From Zootoca vivipara (Eukaryota): a stretch of 64,000 bases of DNA. Both the position numbers and the translations under genes were made by a program. Below, piece after piece: positions 38,863 through 52,592 of this stretch (its first letter is position 1; the number at the start of each line of letters is the position of its first letter). The DNA lies in NCBI RefSeq assembly GCF_963506605.1, contig NC_083282.1, positions 52,266,001 through 52,330,000 of the forward strand. Reading direction: 5' to 3'. The notes under the pieces were generated by a model that was not told where the DNA came from, did no database searches, and saw only the letters and a list, made by a program, of their open reading frames with translations.

Positions 38863-41663
38863 GGTCGTGGGGCGATTGCTTTACATATCCCTCGTCTCCT
38901 CCCATCATGGCCAACAGGAGACGACAAATGTAAATATATGCAGTATTACTTTATTGGCATAATTTATTGGGCACAGAATATTCCAACATGTACAAATGTA
39001 ATAGGTGAATGTTGCTATATTGATTGTAGAAAAAGTTTACACTGTCCCCCAAAATTAGCAGTGATCATGGTGATTTCAGAAAGTGGTAGATCTCACAGTC
39101 TTGCACATTGATTTTACTACAGTTTAATCACAAGCTTGGTATTCAAATATTGTTTTTTAATATGTTGGTATGAAAGTACTGGCAAGAATGCAAGTGGAAG
39201 GTGCATGAGCAAAATAAAAGGGGATTTTTTTAAAAAAAATGCTATACTGTACATCCATAAAACTGAAAAACAACTGCATTCTTGGGGACTAGCCATGAAG
39301 AAAACATCACCTTTTCTCTGCTGTAGAGGAAAAGAAAACATCTCCCCCCCCCATCCTCCACCCCCATGTAGACACACATTCACCCAAATGGTTTGCATGA
39401 ATCTGCTTGATGAGGCCTATTCACAAAAGCTCTGCTTATCAAGTGCAAGATACGGAGGTATTATTTGTAGCAAGATATGCTGAAAATTGTGGGCTCCACT
39501 TGACCAGGAGCAATGGGGAATGAACTATTCCTGCCCATTTATTCTTTCCCATTTTCAGGGTGCATCTGTCTTTTCTCCACACTCTTGACTCTGGAGTTTG
39601 GTACTCATTAGGTCTAACAAGCCAGCACTCAGACGCTATGACTCTCTCTTGCTCCCTTTGGGATAACTTATTCCACATGCTTGGTGTACGCTGCCCGGTT
39701 GCACGCTCTCTTGTGTTGCCAGCTTGTTGAGCTTTGGGTTAGGTTTGTCCAATTAGCTGTTTCTTTGTATTGTTTGTAAGTGCAAGGCATTAATATGGGT
39801 CAGCCTTGTGATGTCCCAGGAATGGCAGATGGTTTCATAAAGTTCTCCTCCCAGTGCTGCTGCAAACTTCACATATTCATGTCCCTTTAAAGGAGGAACT
39901 AGAGGCTTGTACAAGTTCATTTCTTAGGAGGGTCCAGTGAATCCACAATAGGCCATAGCTCCAGGTTGGGATAAGTTGATCCTTATCTCTTAGTATTCCC
40001 TATTCCTTTAGCCCAAAATACCTTGTGCTGCTCAGTATCCATTCCTAATAATCCTTAATGACATATGTTCATCTGAGGTGACTTCAATATGCTTTGAACC
40101 TTTGCTTCTTCCACTGAGCATACTGCTGGTCTTCAGTTTCAATTGGTTTCTTTCTGAAACAGAATTTTAGTTTGCCACTCTTTTTGAGGCCATTTGGTTG
40201 CTATTCCAACATAAAAGTGTGGATGAATTACATAGCATCTTTTTTTTAAAAGCCGCTCTTGGCCCCAGATCAGCAAATGACTTTTGATATGGTGACGCTT
40301 TAAAAAGCATTGCACAATTCAGCACTGGCAAATAATGCAGGGAAAACCTTGAGAAAGCCTTTGCATGTGTATAGTTTATTATGCATCATGGCCTAGTTGT
40401 CCACAATTGTTCCCAGGCATCAGCCCAGGTATCTAAAACATATGTTTCTTAGAGAAGATGCGTGTTCAGTAAAGCACTGGAAGCAGACTTGAGAGAACTC
40501 AGCTTCCTTAGGAAATAGAAATGTGTGATACCGTACCTTCTATGCATCTCTAGCCATGAGTTACACACAGCCAATTCTTCAGATGCCATTATCTGAAGAG
40601 GCCCATGTCATTCTGTTTAAGATGACTTGGTGAAAGGCATTTAGAGCCCAAATATGAGGGATTGCATAGAGCAGGACTGTTTTGAATTTAATCCCTTAAT
40701 GTGAAATAAGTTGTAATCCTATGCACACTTACTTGGGAGTAAGAATAATTTGGCAGCATCCAGTTTATGCATCCTGTCAGTGCAAGGATTTCTGCTTCTG
40801 CATTAGGACTCCCGCAGCTGCTGTGTGCCCTCCTAAAATCTGCTTTGGGGGGGGATAACAGATTTAGGGGGCACATGGGAGATAGTTGCACCACCCCTCG
40901 GGCATTTCGACTCCTAAATCCACCTCTGCTCAGTGCTACTTTGGATACAACTAATTGAATGCAGTGGGACCTATTGTTGAAGGATCATCATAGGATAAAA
41001 CTGTTGTCATTCATTTATCTTCTGCTGGAAGAGCTCAGCTGATAAACTAGCATCAGCAGAGACCTACAACTAAGTTTGCAGATGAAAACCTGACAGATAA
41101 GCAGATCTTTGGTTCCAGACTACCTTTTAAAACAAGTTGGTGGGTGGCTTGTTCTGTATTCGCTGAGGTTCTGTCTTTGCTGTTCTGAACAGTCAGGTTT
41201 GCTTTACATGCATGCTGCCTTACTGTCCAAATGTAGTTCTCCTCCTCTGTGATAAACAAGGGCTCTTTCAAAGCTGCTTCTACATCTGGCTTGAGAAACT
41301 ACTGTAGTTTAATATAGTACAGTAATAGAGTTCAGTTTCTCTCTCTCTCTCTTTTGTCTCTTTTTTTATTCTCAGCCTATGCTCTGGAAAAACCCACTAG
41401 TTGGTATTCTAGCACAGCCTGATATATGGTAGTAGACAAGCGGGGGTGTATGATGATTGGTGAGCAGGACTGAAACCATTATGAAATTGATCCATTGGCC
41501 AAGTGATTGGGTAGTTTCTTTCAGCCAGATTTGTGGGGGGGAAGGGGAGGGGAATCACTGAAATTTTGTGACTCATCTGTGCTTTGGGAATATTTACATT
41601 TTTTAAAAGCCAGCCTCCTTGCTAGATACTGTTTCTAAACCACTTTTTTATAATATTAAACAG

Positions 41664-41711
41664 GGGAGAGGCACCTCCAGCAGCACGTTACCCCCCAGAC
41701 GTTTTCTAATG
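41664..41711 (+). CDS. SCUBE3: SCUBE3 48-nt cassette exon (16-aa linker between EGF repeats)
   Basis: aaacag|GG GAG AGG CAC CTC CAG CAG CAC GTT ACC CCC CAG ACG TTT TCT AAT G|gtaaat; phase 1-1; GERHLQQHVTPQTFSN resembles the remembered mammalian isoform insert GERRLEQHIPTQAVSN. Confidence 0.85.
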
Positions 41712-41810
41712 GTAAATATTTTTGTTCTCTATCTCTATGGGGAGTTTTAACTCTAGCTGCATTTTGTATTTTCGAATATAATAACTGGGGACAGGGGCCT
41801 GAGCTGTTGT

Positions 41811-42019
41811 ACTAACTGCATGCCTCACTTTGCACCCTAGAGAGTAGGGCAGAAGGAACACTCAAAGGGGCACTGGTGCTTACTAACTATCTAACCTGCC
41901 CCATCTCTGCTATTTCTAAATCTCTTTTTAGCCTTTGTAATCTGCATGGTCCCCAGCTATCAGGGAAGAGCGTGCAGGCCTGGAGCTACCCAGATAGTGG
42001 AGAAAAAAAGACATGCATG
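41811..42019 (+). promoter_or_regulatory. Candidate intronic splicing enhancer cluster (QKI ACTAAC and RBFOX TGCATG motifs)
   Basis: ACTAAC 41811 and 41882, CTAAC 41891; TGCATG 41817, 41943, 42014; all within about 310 nt downstream of the cassette exon. Confidence 0.6.
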
Positions 42020-43276
42020 GCAACAGAATTATCCTACAAATAACAGAACTTTTATGCAATGTGGGGCTTCAGATGGCTGCTTGCTTTGCTTGGGCTAATA
42101 GACTGTTCTTTTGCTAGAAAATATAGCCATCTGCTTTTAGGGGTAAGGGGCAGTGTGTGTTCTGTTATTTGCTTCTGTATTGTGTAATTGCTAAAGCACT
42201 TTCCAGAAGCTTGTCTGTCTCCTGCTAGCTACTTAGCTGACTTTCATCGCTTACATCCAAAATCTACAGCAGTCTTTAATGTGCCATTAATGTGTTCAAG
42301 GATAGCATAATTACATCAATGGAAACACAAAGGCAACAAGGATTCAATGACTTGCCCCAAAACGGTGTTGAGATTCTATGGCAGAGCCAAATGTGGAGCC
42401 TGTATTTGGGAAACTTGTTTTTGAGTTACCTTTCTAATTGCCGCCATATATTACAGCAAGTATTTGCTTCTGTTCTACTACCTAATGAAAGATTTGTAAC
42501 TTAAAATAGCATGCTATAACAGACCTGGATAAAGATGGGGGTTGTACTTTGATTACGGTAGCAACTATGAGCATTGCATCCATATTAAACTTAAGTTCAC
42601 AGCAGGAAACTTTGAAGAACCATGCCAGCATTCTGTGGATGTCACCAGCTAGTCCCTACTTGCCACTTTTGACTTGATAATGCTGGGTTAGCTCTAATTC
42701 ACATTGTTTTATGCAGTTCTGAAGTATAGACTGAGCTGAGTGCATCACTACTCACTTCTTCCATGAGGATTCACATGAGAAGAAAGGCTATGTGACTGTG
42801 ACTTCTGAGCTGCCTTATTTTGTGTTGGTAGAGTTGAGGTAGGAGATAAGCAGTGATGAAGCAGAATGGATGAAAGGAAAAAGGAAGGTCATTTTGTCTC
42901 TTACCAACAAGATAATATCTGCAGAGACCTAAGGTTACCCCCACCACTACACACACAACAAGGCAAAACTCTTTCATATGGGTTGGTGCCATAATTGGTG
43001 GTAGACAACCACTATTTCTAAAAACTTAATATGCTGCATAGTCTTCCAAGGGCTCTTTCAGATGATCATTTTTTTGTGGATGATACTATTTCATCACTCC
43101 TTGATGCTAGATGTTTTGCACCAGATATGCAGTCTGTGTCTCAAATTGTAGTAATTCTCAGTTGTTTTGCTTGTCCCAAGCTTGAAATGAAGGCTTCCTA
43201 TTACTAAGTGATAATTTTTGTAGGGCATCATCTTTACATTTTTCACAGCACTAGTAATAAGCTTTCTTTCTTTTCC

Positions 43277-43321
<45 letters not shown>

Positions 43322-43322
43322 G
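43277..43322. repeat. (TGTC)n microsatellite
   Basis: Directly visible. Confidence 0.97.
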
Positions 43323-44890
43323 CCTCCCCCCCACCCGTTTTTTCTACTTGGACCACCCACTGTCTATTTAAATCACATCAAAGACTCTGCATTTCCTCCA
43401 TGGGGAATATGCTTTTGTTTGTTTGTCATAATGGCATCAATATAGTAGCCCAATGACATGCTGAATATGCTTGTGGGAATATGCTTTGGATGTAATAATG
43501 CTTCTGAAACAATTTGGTGGGTGATGCTGGGGAGGCTACTTACAATTTTGAGGGGGGAAATAGCTGATGAGGAAAGGGTGAAATTTTCCCCCTTTTCTTC
43601 CTCCTTCCTCCCACCTTGCTGCTCAGCTGAACAAAATTGCCTCCCACTGTTTGGGGCTTCATTACACACATCAATTACCCATCAAACATTTTTGCACCAT
43701 AACGAAAGTCAACATTACCCCACACCTGTACTCTGGACTGGATGGAGATTGCAGACCAAGGTGTCAGCTTTGTGGTACTTCAGAGTAAGGCTGGCCCTGG
43801 CTGTTGTACATTCATCTATGTCACATGTTTCCTTGTCTTGGCAGCTCAAATGTTTTGCTCAACAGTTCTGATCAGACTGTAGAAACATTTTGTTTTCAGC
43901 TTGGAGATGTCTGGTTGACCCTTGTTAAACAACTCCCATGTTCCATCCTGGAAGGCATTACTTCTCAGTGAATTAGCTTTCTGTATACTGATGGCAGCCA
44001 TCATTCTTCACCTGATCTTAACATTGGCAAAAGGTTTACAATCAGAGCCCTCTGGAGATCCTTTGTCATTCAGTTCCTGTGCGAGAGAAATACTAAACAC
44101 TGGAAAGGGATGCTGCCCCTGAAGATCCTGGTTAAATTTAGACTTGATTATCACTGCAGGAAGAAGTTACATGATGCTCCTCCATACCACAAAAAACAAA
44201 GACAATCCAGGGAGAAGGATTCCAACCTAGTCTTCTCCTTGACACACTAGATTTTAATATGTAGAAGTATTTTCTATGTTTTCCCCTCTGTGGGGCAGCA
44301 TTTTACTATGTGAGCTCCCACCTACAGCCTCTGAAGTGGTGCAACCAAGACATAGGTCTTCTACTTCATTAAGGACTATAATTACTGATTTGGCAGGATC
44401 CCACAAAACAGAGGCAAGAGATGTCTGGGATGTTGACTTAACATGTATGGAACTTTTCTGTTTGTTAGCCAGTTGTGCTGTAGCCTAGTGTATCTGCTAT
44501 GTAGTGCTCCAGAAGCAAGGTGGTCTTGCTTTTCCCTGTGCAACATGCACATGTGCATGCTCTTTGTGGTTTTGTGGATCATGTTGATTCTCTTAGATCT
44601 GGAGAGCTATGTTCCCCATAGTCACTCAGGATGAATAGAAAATATCACACATTCTGCTGTCTCTTAATTCTGGAAGAGAGAGTACAGTAGATTGGTGTCC
44701 TCCACTACGGGGTCTTCTAGATGTTGGACTTCACCTCCCAACATCTCTTGACAATTGGCCGTGCTGGTTGGGGCTGGACGGAGTTACTAGTCCAACAATA
44801 TTTGGAGGGCACAACATTGGCCCCAGTAGCAGCATGAAGATGGAAAAATGCTGTTGTATCTTAGAGGCTAACTGGTTACTGTGATGTGTA

Positions 44891-45246
44891 AAGGTAAAGG
44901 TAAAGGGACCCCTGACCATTAGGTCCAGTCGTGACCGACTCTGGGGTTGTGCGCTCATCTCGCATTATTGGCCGAAGGAGCCGGCGTATAGCTTCCAGGT
45001 CATGTGGCCAGCATGACAAAGCCGCTTCTGGCAAACCAGAGCAGCACATGGAAACACCGTTTACCTTCCCGCTGTAGCGGTTCCTATTTATCTACTTGCA
45101 TTTTGACATGCTTTCGAACTGCTAGGTTGGCAGGAGCTGGGACCAAGCAACGGGAGCTCACCCCGTCACAGGGATTCGAACCGCCGACCTTCTGATCAGC
45201 AAGCCCTAGGCTCAGTGGTTTAACCACAGCGCCACCTGGGTCCCGG
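44891..45246 (-). mobile_element. Sauria SINE, full length
   Basis: Reverse B box gggattcgaacc; aaggtaaaggtaaagg tail; 13-bp TSD actgtgatgtgta. Confidence 0.93.
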
Positions 45247-48076
45247 ACTGTGATGTGTACGCTTTTGTAAATAACAGCCCATTTCATCATGCATCTGAAT
45301 TATCATGTTTCCTCTCTCCATGAGCCATGTTGCCTGTCTTTATTGATTTGCAACATTTTCTTTTCCTATATGGCTTATTAGTCCATTTCCTAATACTGTA
45401 GAGAGAGGTTAACAGCGTGATATGCTGTTTCTTAATGTGCTGCATAAGATATTCATTAACATGAACAGATGACATATGCAAATAATACAAAATGCCTCAA
45501 GGCAATTAAATTCAATACAGACTGTAAAGATTTACAGAAGGATCATGTAAAACTATGCTAGGACAATAAAATGCAAAATAAAAATTCACTGTTGATGGGT
45601 TTAAAAACATCTAAACATTATAACAACTTGATTATATACCAGCCATTGCATAGCTAATTATGTAATAGCTGCATAACTAACTTGGCATATGAGAATATAG
45701 TTAAACACCTCATTAGTGCTTATGGCTCAGTGGCCCAGAAAAGATCTTAGTTATTTCCCCCAACTTCTGAGCACCGCAGGATGTTGATGACCTTTTAAAA
45801 TTCTGTCTGCTTTAAGGCCACTGCGTTCTTAGGCAAGAAATGTTCCATATGTGCATTGGTGCCTGTGGATCTGCCTCATATGATAATGGTTACTATGGAT
45901 CTGCCATTGATATAATCAGCTCAGGGTACACCCCGTCCAAAGTTTAAGATGGCAAATAGATATAAATCTAAGAGTGGGATATAAATTTAATGAATAAAAC
46001 GTTAGGCTGTTTGGAAAGAGAGAAGATGACAGTGATAATGACAGTGATGATAATGATAAATATTATGCCAGTTTGGTCTGAATATTTCAGGTTGTATGTT
46101 ACAATGGGTGCACAACTGCAGTGGGAATGTAACTACCCACATTGCTTAGTCTGAAACCAAATGACTGATCAACATGTGCTATATTAGTGGAATTAATTAG
46201 TCTCTGAAATCGTATTTGTGGATTTGTACATGGAGAGAAAAAACAAGTTTACTGTGCACTAATAGTGCTGAGGTGTGTCCCCAAAAAATTGTCCTACAGG
46301 GTAGAGCAGAAGAGCCAGTGTGGGACCCTCAGGTATTGTCGACTCCAACTTTCACCTGCCCTGACCACTGGCTATGTTGGCTGGAGCTAATAGGGGCTGT
46401 AGTCCAGGCCATCAGGAGCGCACCACATTGGCTACCCTGGATAACAGAATGTGCAACTAATATATTCCGTCAAAATGCTGATTAGTAAATTTTGTGGCTT
46501 GCTTGTTTTCTTTGTTTTATTAAGATCAAGCTGCCTAGACTACATAAGCTTGGAGTGGGAAGGAAGAGTTGTCACAGGGTGACAGGGAGACGAAGGCAGC
46601 TTCAGTGATGGAATGTTTAGGGAGAAATGTAATTAGCAAGTTGCTTCACTTTTATGCCCTGCAGAGTGCCTAGCAAAATACGGGTCTAAATATGTGTGAT
46701 GCATTTCTCCTAAAGCTCCCATTAAATTTAATTGAGGTAGATTGCACCCTAAAATGTGTAGTAATTGTAGAAATTGTAAATGAAACTGATATAAAGTGAT
46801 AGTGTGCAAAGAGGTGCCCAGTTTGGGTGAAGCGGCAAGGGTGTGTGTGTTCAAAGAGTGTGATGAGAATTCAACACTCCTTTCTTCCTAGTCGGAAGAT
46901 CAGCTCAGACCACTATATAATAGTCTAGTTATTATATTGTAAGAAAAATGCTATTGTCTTAGCTACAAGCCCTCCATAACTACACATCTTATCAATGGTT
47001 GTAACATTACCTAATCATTGTACTGAAGACTGTGATTTTTTTCACTTCAGTATGTAAGCATATTGCTGGTTAAATATGTTAAGAGGGACACGTAGGAGCT
47101 TTTCTATGAAACTGGAGTGTTCTTAATGAGGGCCACCCACAACGTTCTGTTCTGAACTTCCTTCTTCTGGAATAAGAGATTACGTGTTGCCCTAAAATAA
47201 AGTGTTATGTAACCACTGGTACCCTGAACATGAACTCTCGCTGCCTTTGGAACATATTGTTTGCCTTTTCTTTCGGCCTCATAACAAACCATAACTGGCC
47301 CTTTTGCATACCAAAGGCCTAGACTTCATGGATGCTTTTCACAAAGTATATTTAAGAGGAAATAAAATCTTCAATGACTTGCTTTGCTTTGGCCCAGCCC
47401 TGAAACTACAAGAGTTAAAGTACAACATTTGCCTTGATGGGTTACATTACATAAACTGAGTAGTATGTTTATAGTATTTTAGTTTCATAGGCATGGGTCG
47501 CTTTTAGACGGAAAGCATTCCAATTTCTTTGCTCACTAATACCCAAAACAGATTACATTCCTTAGAGCCCAAGACACGTAGTCACTAATATTTTCAAATA
47601 TTAATCTTCATTAACAAGCTGCTTGGTTTCTATGCAATGTACTTTGTGGCAAGAACAACGAATGAAGATTGATTTGCAAGCACATTTTGTCAAGATGTAA
47701 ATGATGTGTGTTAAATACTTCCCCGTCCTGAGTAGCAAGCATCTGAGTTGGTTAGAAGAATTCAATTAAAGTAAAATCCCAGCCAATGCTGTTGTTGTTC
47801 ATGTACGCAAAGGCAGGTTATGTATGTATCAGCAGTGGTTGGCATAGTAGGGTGGCACTTCTGATTGGTCACATAATGTCTGTTTGTTGGGAGGAAGAGG
47901 GAGAAGTGGTGAAGAGTTTGGCATAGTGCAAATGCCCCAGCAGAGCCAGTTCCTGCTGGTGTTTGCACTGTGCTAACCTCTCCGCCATCTCCCTCTCCAC
48001 CTCCTGGGAACTGCCAGCAACACAACTGACCAGAGGTCAGGTGAGAAGCAGAGTCCCACCACACTGTCTGCTGCTG

Positions 48077-48163
48077 GTATGTATGTATGTATGTATTTAT
48101 GTATGTATGTATGTATGTATTCATTCATTCATTCATTCATTCATTCATTCATTCATTCATTCA
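48077..48163. repeat. Compound (GTAT)n(TCAT)n microsatellite, probably the tail of a minus-strand retroelement
   Basis: Directly visible; followed by ttgtatcccactcttcagcc...cagagtggcttaca. Confidence 0.9.
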
Positions 48164-49158
48164 TAGCATTTGTATCCCACTCTTCAGCCAGAAAGGCTCC
48201 CAGAGTGGCTTACATATCAATATCAATACGTATATATAAACAGTAGCTACCAATTACTACAATCCAAAAAGTTACAGCATAAAAAGAAAACGGTGGGGAA
48301 GGAAGATGAAATCAAGCAAACTTATGTTACCAGGTTCTCATATCAACTAACTGACATTGAAGCAGATGGGTCTAAAAACAGACCTTGTTGGACCCTTGAG
48401 AAATAGCCTGGTTTCCCTACCTTCCCTGAGGTGTCTGCAGCAGAAATGTGTTGATCTTATGGGGAGTGGTTTGGCTTTCTGGAGCCTAACTGGCTTCTCT
48501 TTACTCCACCATTCAGAGCAGATGGTTCTGCTGCTCCATCTCAGTCGGTTCTGAAATCCTTCATGAGTGGGGAGGAGCAGCCCAGGCTTTCTAGTGAGAG
48601 CAGTAGCATGTGGAAATGGCAGTGCCTCGTGTCTGCTTGTTCTTCTTTTCCTCACATGGCTGTTGGAAATGATGGGGAATAGGGGTGGCAAACCAATTAT
48701 TCCCTTTTTAACTTTTCTGCCATGTACACACTATGACAGGAGTGCCCTGAACTATTTTTTTGCAATGTCTTTGGCTGACAAAATGAATTTATTTGAAACA
48801 GATTATCTGACAGGATAATCTTGGGCACTCTGCTTTCTTTCTTTCTTTTTCTTTTTGAAAGTTTGATGTTGACTTCATTTCAGTTCATAAGCAGAAGTGG
48901 AATATTTTGTATACCTCAGTCTAGCACAGTTCATGGGAAATCATTTGCCTCAGTATTCCCACTTTGTATTTTTTGTGTGAACTGCCCTGGGATCTTTGGA
49001 TGAAGGGCGGTGTACAAATTTAATAAATAATAATAACAAGAAGAAGACAGAACATCACCCAGAAACTTTATTTAAAAAAAATCATATCTATCCCATCAAC
49101 ACTCGTATAGCCTTCAGGAACTGTTGCTGAAGTTTTGAAGTATTTACGCATACTTTAA

Positions 49159-49488
<330 letters not shown>

Positions 49489-49802
49489 TAGTTGTTGCCT
49501 CCACAGAGCCGTCAATGCTATCCTCATCAACTGAGTTTCATAGTAACTCTGTCCTTAAAATTTATTGTGACACGAATTAAAACTGTTGATCCAAATCTAA
49601 GAGATGATTGCAGCATTTTCACCAGAGGCTGCTGTTGACAGCTGTCTTAGCCATTGCTTTGACCTGGTTTTCCAAGTGTAGCAATGGGTCTGGTGAGCAG
49701 CCCAGGGTAGTGAAACGTCCATGTTCTAGCTTCATTCCATCTTCACAGCTCTACCAAGTGCCATTGTTTCAAAAGCATGCCAACCTTTTAATTATTTCTT
49801 GA

Positions 49803-50128
49803 CATAGAAATAGGAAACATAGAAAATTGCCTTGTATCACATCAGACCATTGGTCTACACCAGGCATCTCCAAACTTCGGCCCTCCAGATGTTTTGGACT
49901 ACAATTCCCATCTTCCCCAACCACTGGTCCTGTTAGCTAGGGATCATGGGAGTTGTAGGTCAAAACATCTGGAGGGCCGCAGTTTGGAGATGCCTGGTCT
50001 ACACTGACTGGTGCTTGAACTCCAGAGTTTCAGACAGGAGTTTTTTCAGCCCTGTTTGGAGAGACAAGGGATTGAACCTGCAGCCTTCTGCATGTAAAAC
50101 ATGTGCTTTGCTGCTAAGCTACAGCCCC
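49803..50128 (-). mobile_element. Squam3-like tRNA SINE interrupted by a hAT MITE
   Basis: Reverse complement begins GGGGCTGTAGCTTAGCAGCAAAGCACATG...CAGAAGGCTGCAGGTTCAATCCC; tail (ctatgttcct)-like. Confidence 0.8.
49861..49996. mobile_element. hAT MITE (terminus caggcatctccaaact)
   Basis: TIRs; TSD gtctacac. Confidence 0.92.
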
Positions 50129-50637
50129 GAGGACTTTCTCAAAAGATTCTCCCCTCTTCCTTCGCATCCCCCACCACACACAAGTGCAGTTGTTACTTAT
50201 TTGTTGAATGGGACATTTTCAACGCAAGGTAGCATGTCTGTTGTGGAGATTTCACATTTACCCAGCACTCAAAACTGTGCTGATTTTTTTGCTAGGAAAA
50301 TTTGCTAGGAAAATCTACTTCTCAGCTATGGTGTCTTTTTGCAGCTGGGAGTGTTGAGTGAAATATCATTCAAGTCTCCTGAGTGTTTATTGAATAGTGC
50401 CCATGGCCCCAAGCAGCACAGCTCCCCAGGATGCCAGTGCCATTTTAAAGGGGGGGGGTCAATTTATTTTTTGTTACTTTTGAAGCTGAGCATCAACCTG
50501 CTATACAACTCTCCTGGCCTTATGCTGCCTCCCTCCCCGCACCCTCCTTCCCATCACAGCAATGTTCATCCATGGACTGTTGGCATTTTGGAGACTGGGC
50601 CTTCCAGAGTTAAAGCTGTATCTCCCACTCATAAATA

Positions 50638-51657
50638 TGCTCATCAATGGCTCCTCCTAGGGTGCTCATCAATGGCTCCTCCTCATCCTGGAGAGTAGTG
50701 ACTAGTGGGGTGCCACAGGGTTCTGTCTTGGGCCCAGTCTTATTCAACATCTTTATCAATGACTTGGATGATGGGCTTGAGGGCATCCTGAGCAAGTTTG
50801 CAGACAACACCAAATTGGGAGGGGTGGCTAATACCCCAGAGGACAGGATCACACTTCAAAATGACCTTAACAGACAACTGGGCCAAAGCAAACGAATTTT
50901 AACAAGGAGAAATGTAAAGTACTACACTTGGGCAAAAAAAATGAAAGGCAGAAATACAGGATGGGAGACACCTGGCTTGAGAGCACTACATGTGAAAAGG
51001 ATCTAGGAGTCTTGGTAGACCACAAACTTGACATGAGTCAACAGTGTGATGCAGCAGCTTAAAAAGCCAATGCAATTCTGGGCTGCATCAATAGGAGTAT
51101 AGCATCTAGATCAAGGGAAGTAATAGTACCACTGGTCAGACCTCACCTGGAGTACTGTGTCCAGTTCTGGGCATCACAGTTCAAGAAGGATACAGACAAG
51201 CTGGAACATGTCCAGAAGAGGGCAACCAAAATGGTCAAAGGCCTGGAAACGATGCCTTATGAGGAACGGCTTAGAGAGCTGGGTATGTTTAGCCTGGAGA
51301 AGAGAAGGTTAAGGGGTGATATGATAGCCATGTTCAAATATATAAAAGGATGTCATATAGAGGAGGGTGAAAGGTTGTTTTCTGCTGCTCCAGAGAAGCG
51401 GACACGGAGCAATGGATTCAAACTACAAGAAAGAAGATTCCACCTGAACATTAGGAAGAACTTCCTGACAGTAAGAGCTGTTTGGCAGTGGAATTTGCTA
51501 CCAAGGAGTGTGGTGGAGTCTCCTTCTTTGGAGGTCTTTAAGCAGAGGCTTGACAGGCATATGTCAAGAATGCTTTGATGGTGTTTCCTGCTTGGCAGGG
51601 GGTTGGACTGGATGGCCCTTGTGGTCTCTTCCAACTCTATGATTCTATGATTCTATG
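50638..51657 (+). mobile_element. CR1 LINE, about 1 kb, 5'-truncated, frameshifted RT
   Basis: [22 protein letters not shown]...[10 protein letters not shown]; [23 protein letters not shown]; (ATTCTATG)n tail. Confidence 0.95.
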
Positions 51658-52087
51658 TACATGTGTGCGCGCACACACACACGGCTTCCCTCCCCCTCGG
51701 TTAATTACATGAGGACAGGGTATCACGCTATTGCTGCTGGATTGGCATTAGCATGAATACGAGTGAGAGAAGCATGTGGGCTTTTTTAATCATCTGGAAA
51801 GGCTTGCAGAGAAAAAGGTGAGGCTCCACAAATGGAGGGCGTCTGCGTTCTGTCTCTGGCAGCTCCAGGGAACGTGACCTTAGTTAAAAGGGGGGGGGAC
51901 CCTTCTGCTGAAAGCTGTCTAACCGCCTTACTGATTCCAGACCCCATTTGCTTCATTATTATTTTTCAGAGCTCACCGCCTCCAAGATGCTAGAGTTTCA
52001 GGAAAGCATAATAACCCAGAGCCAAAGCCCCTGTGTCTGGGATTTTACTACAGTTTGAAGCTGTTTTACTGCTAGTTCACTTCACTT

Positions 52088-52139
52088 ACAACAACAACAA
52101 TAATGATAATAATGATAATAATAATAATAATAATAATAA
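52088..52139. repeat. (ACA)n(AAT)n microsatellite
   Basis: Directly visible. Confidence 0.9.
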
Positions 52140-52592
52140 GCTCCAACTTCATAGTTCCTGCTAGAACTGATGGGATGGGGGAGACACAGGGGAGCAGCCT
52201 TGGATGAGGTTTGCTTGAACTTTCTTTCTGGGATTCATCAGCCTTGGTTCATTCATCAGCCTTGGTTCATTCTATTTTACAGACCATTTCCTAGCAATAA
52301 ATTTTCTGATTTGTAAGTAAAAATATCCCTTAACAGGTAGCAGAAGCTATTTGAGAATTTAGGGAATCGTGTGTGAGAGAGAGGGGTGTGTGTGGATGTG
52401 GATGTGGGAAAGAGAAATGTTGGTTTTTGCAAAACAGCCAAATTGTAAAGGTTGTTTTTTTTACCACATTTATTTTCAAAATCACTGTTCTTTGAAAACT
52501 ATTTCCTCTTCCAATATAGTTATTTGCAATCCCTCCTGTTTATTATTTGAGTGCTCAGAGCTAGTTAACCATTGCAATCCAGACAGTGATTA

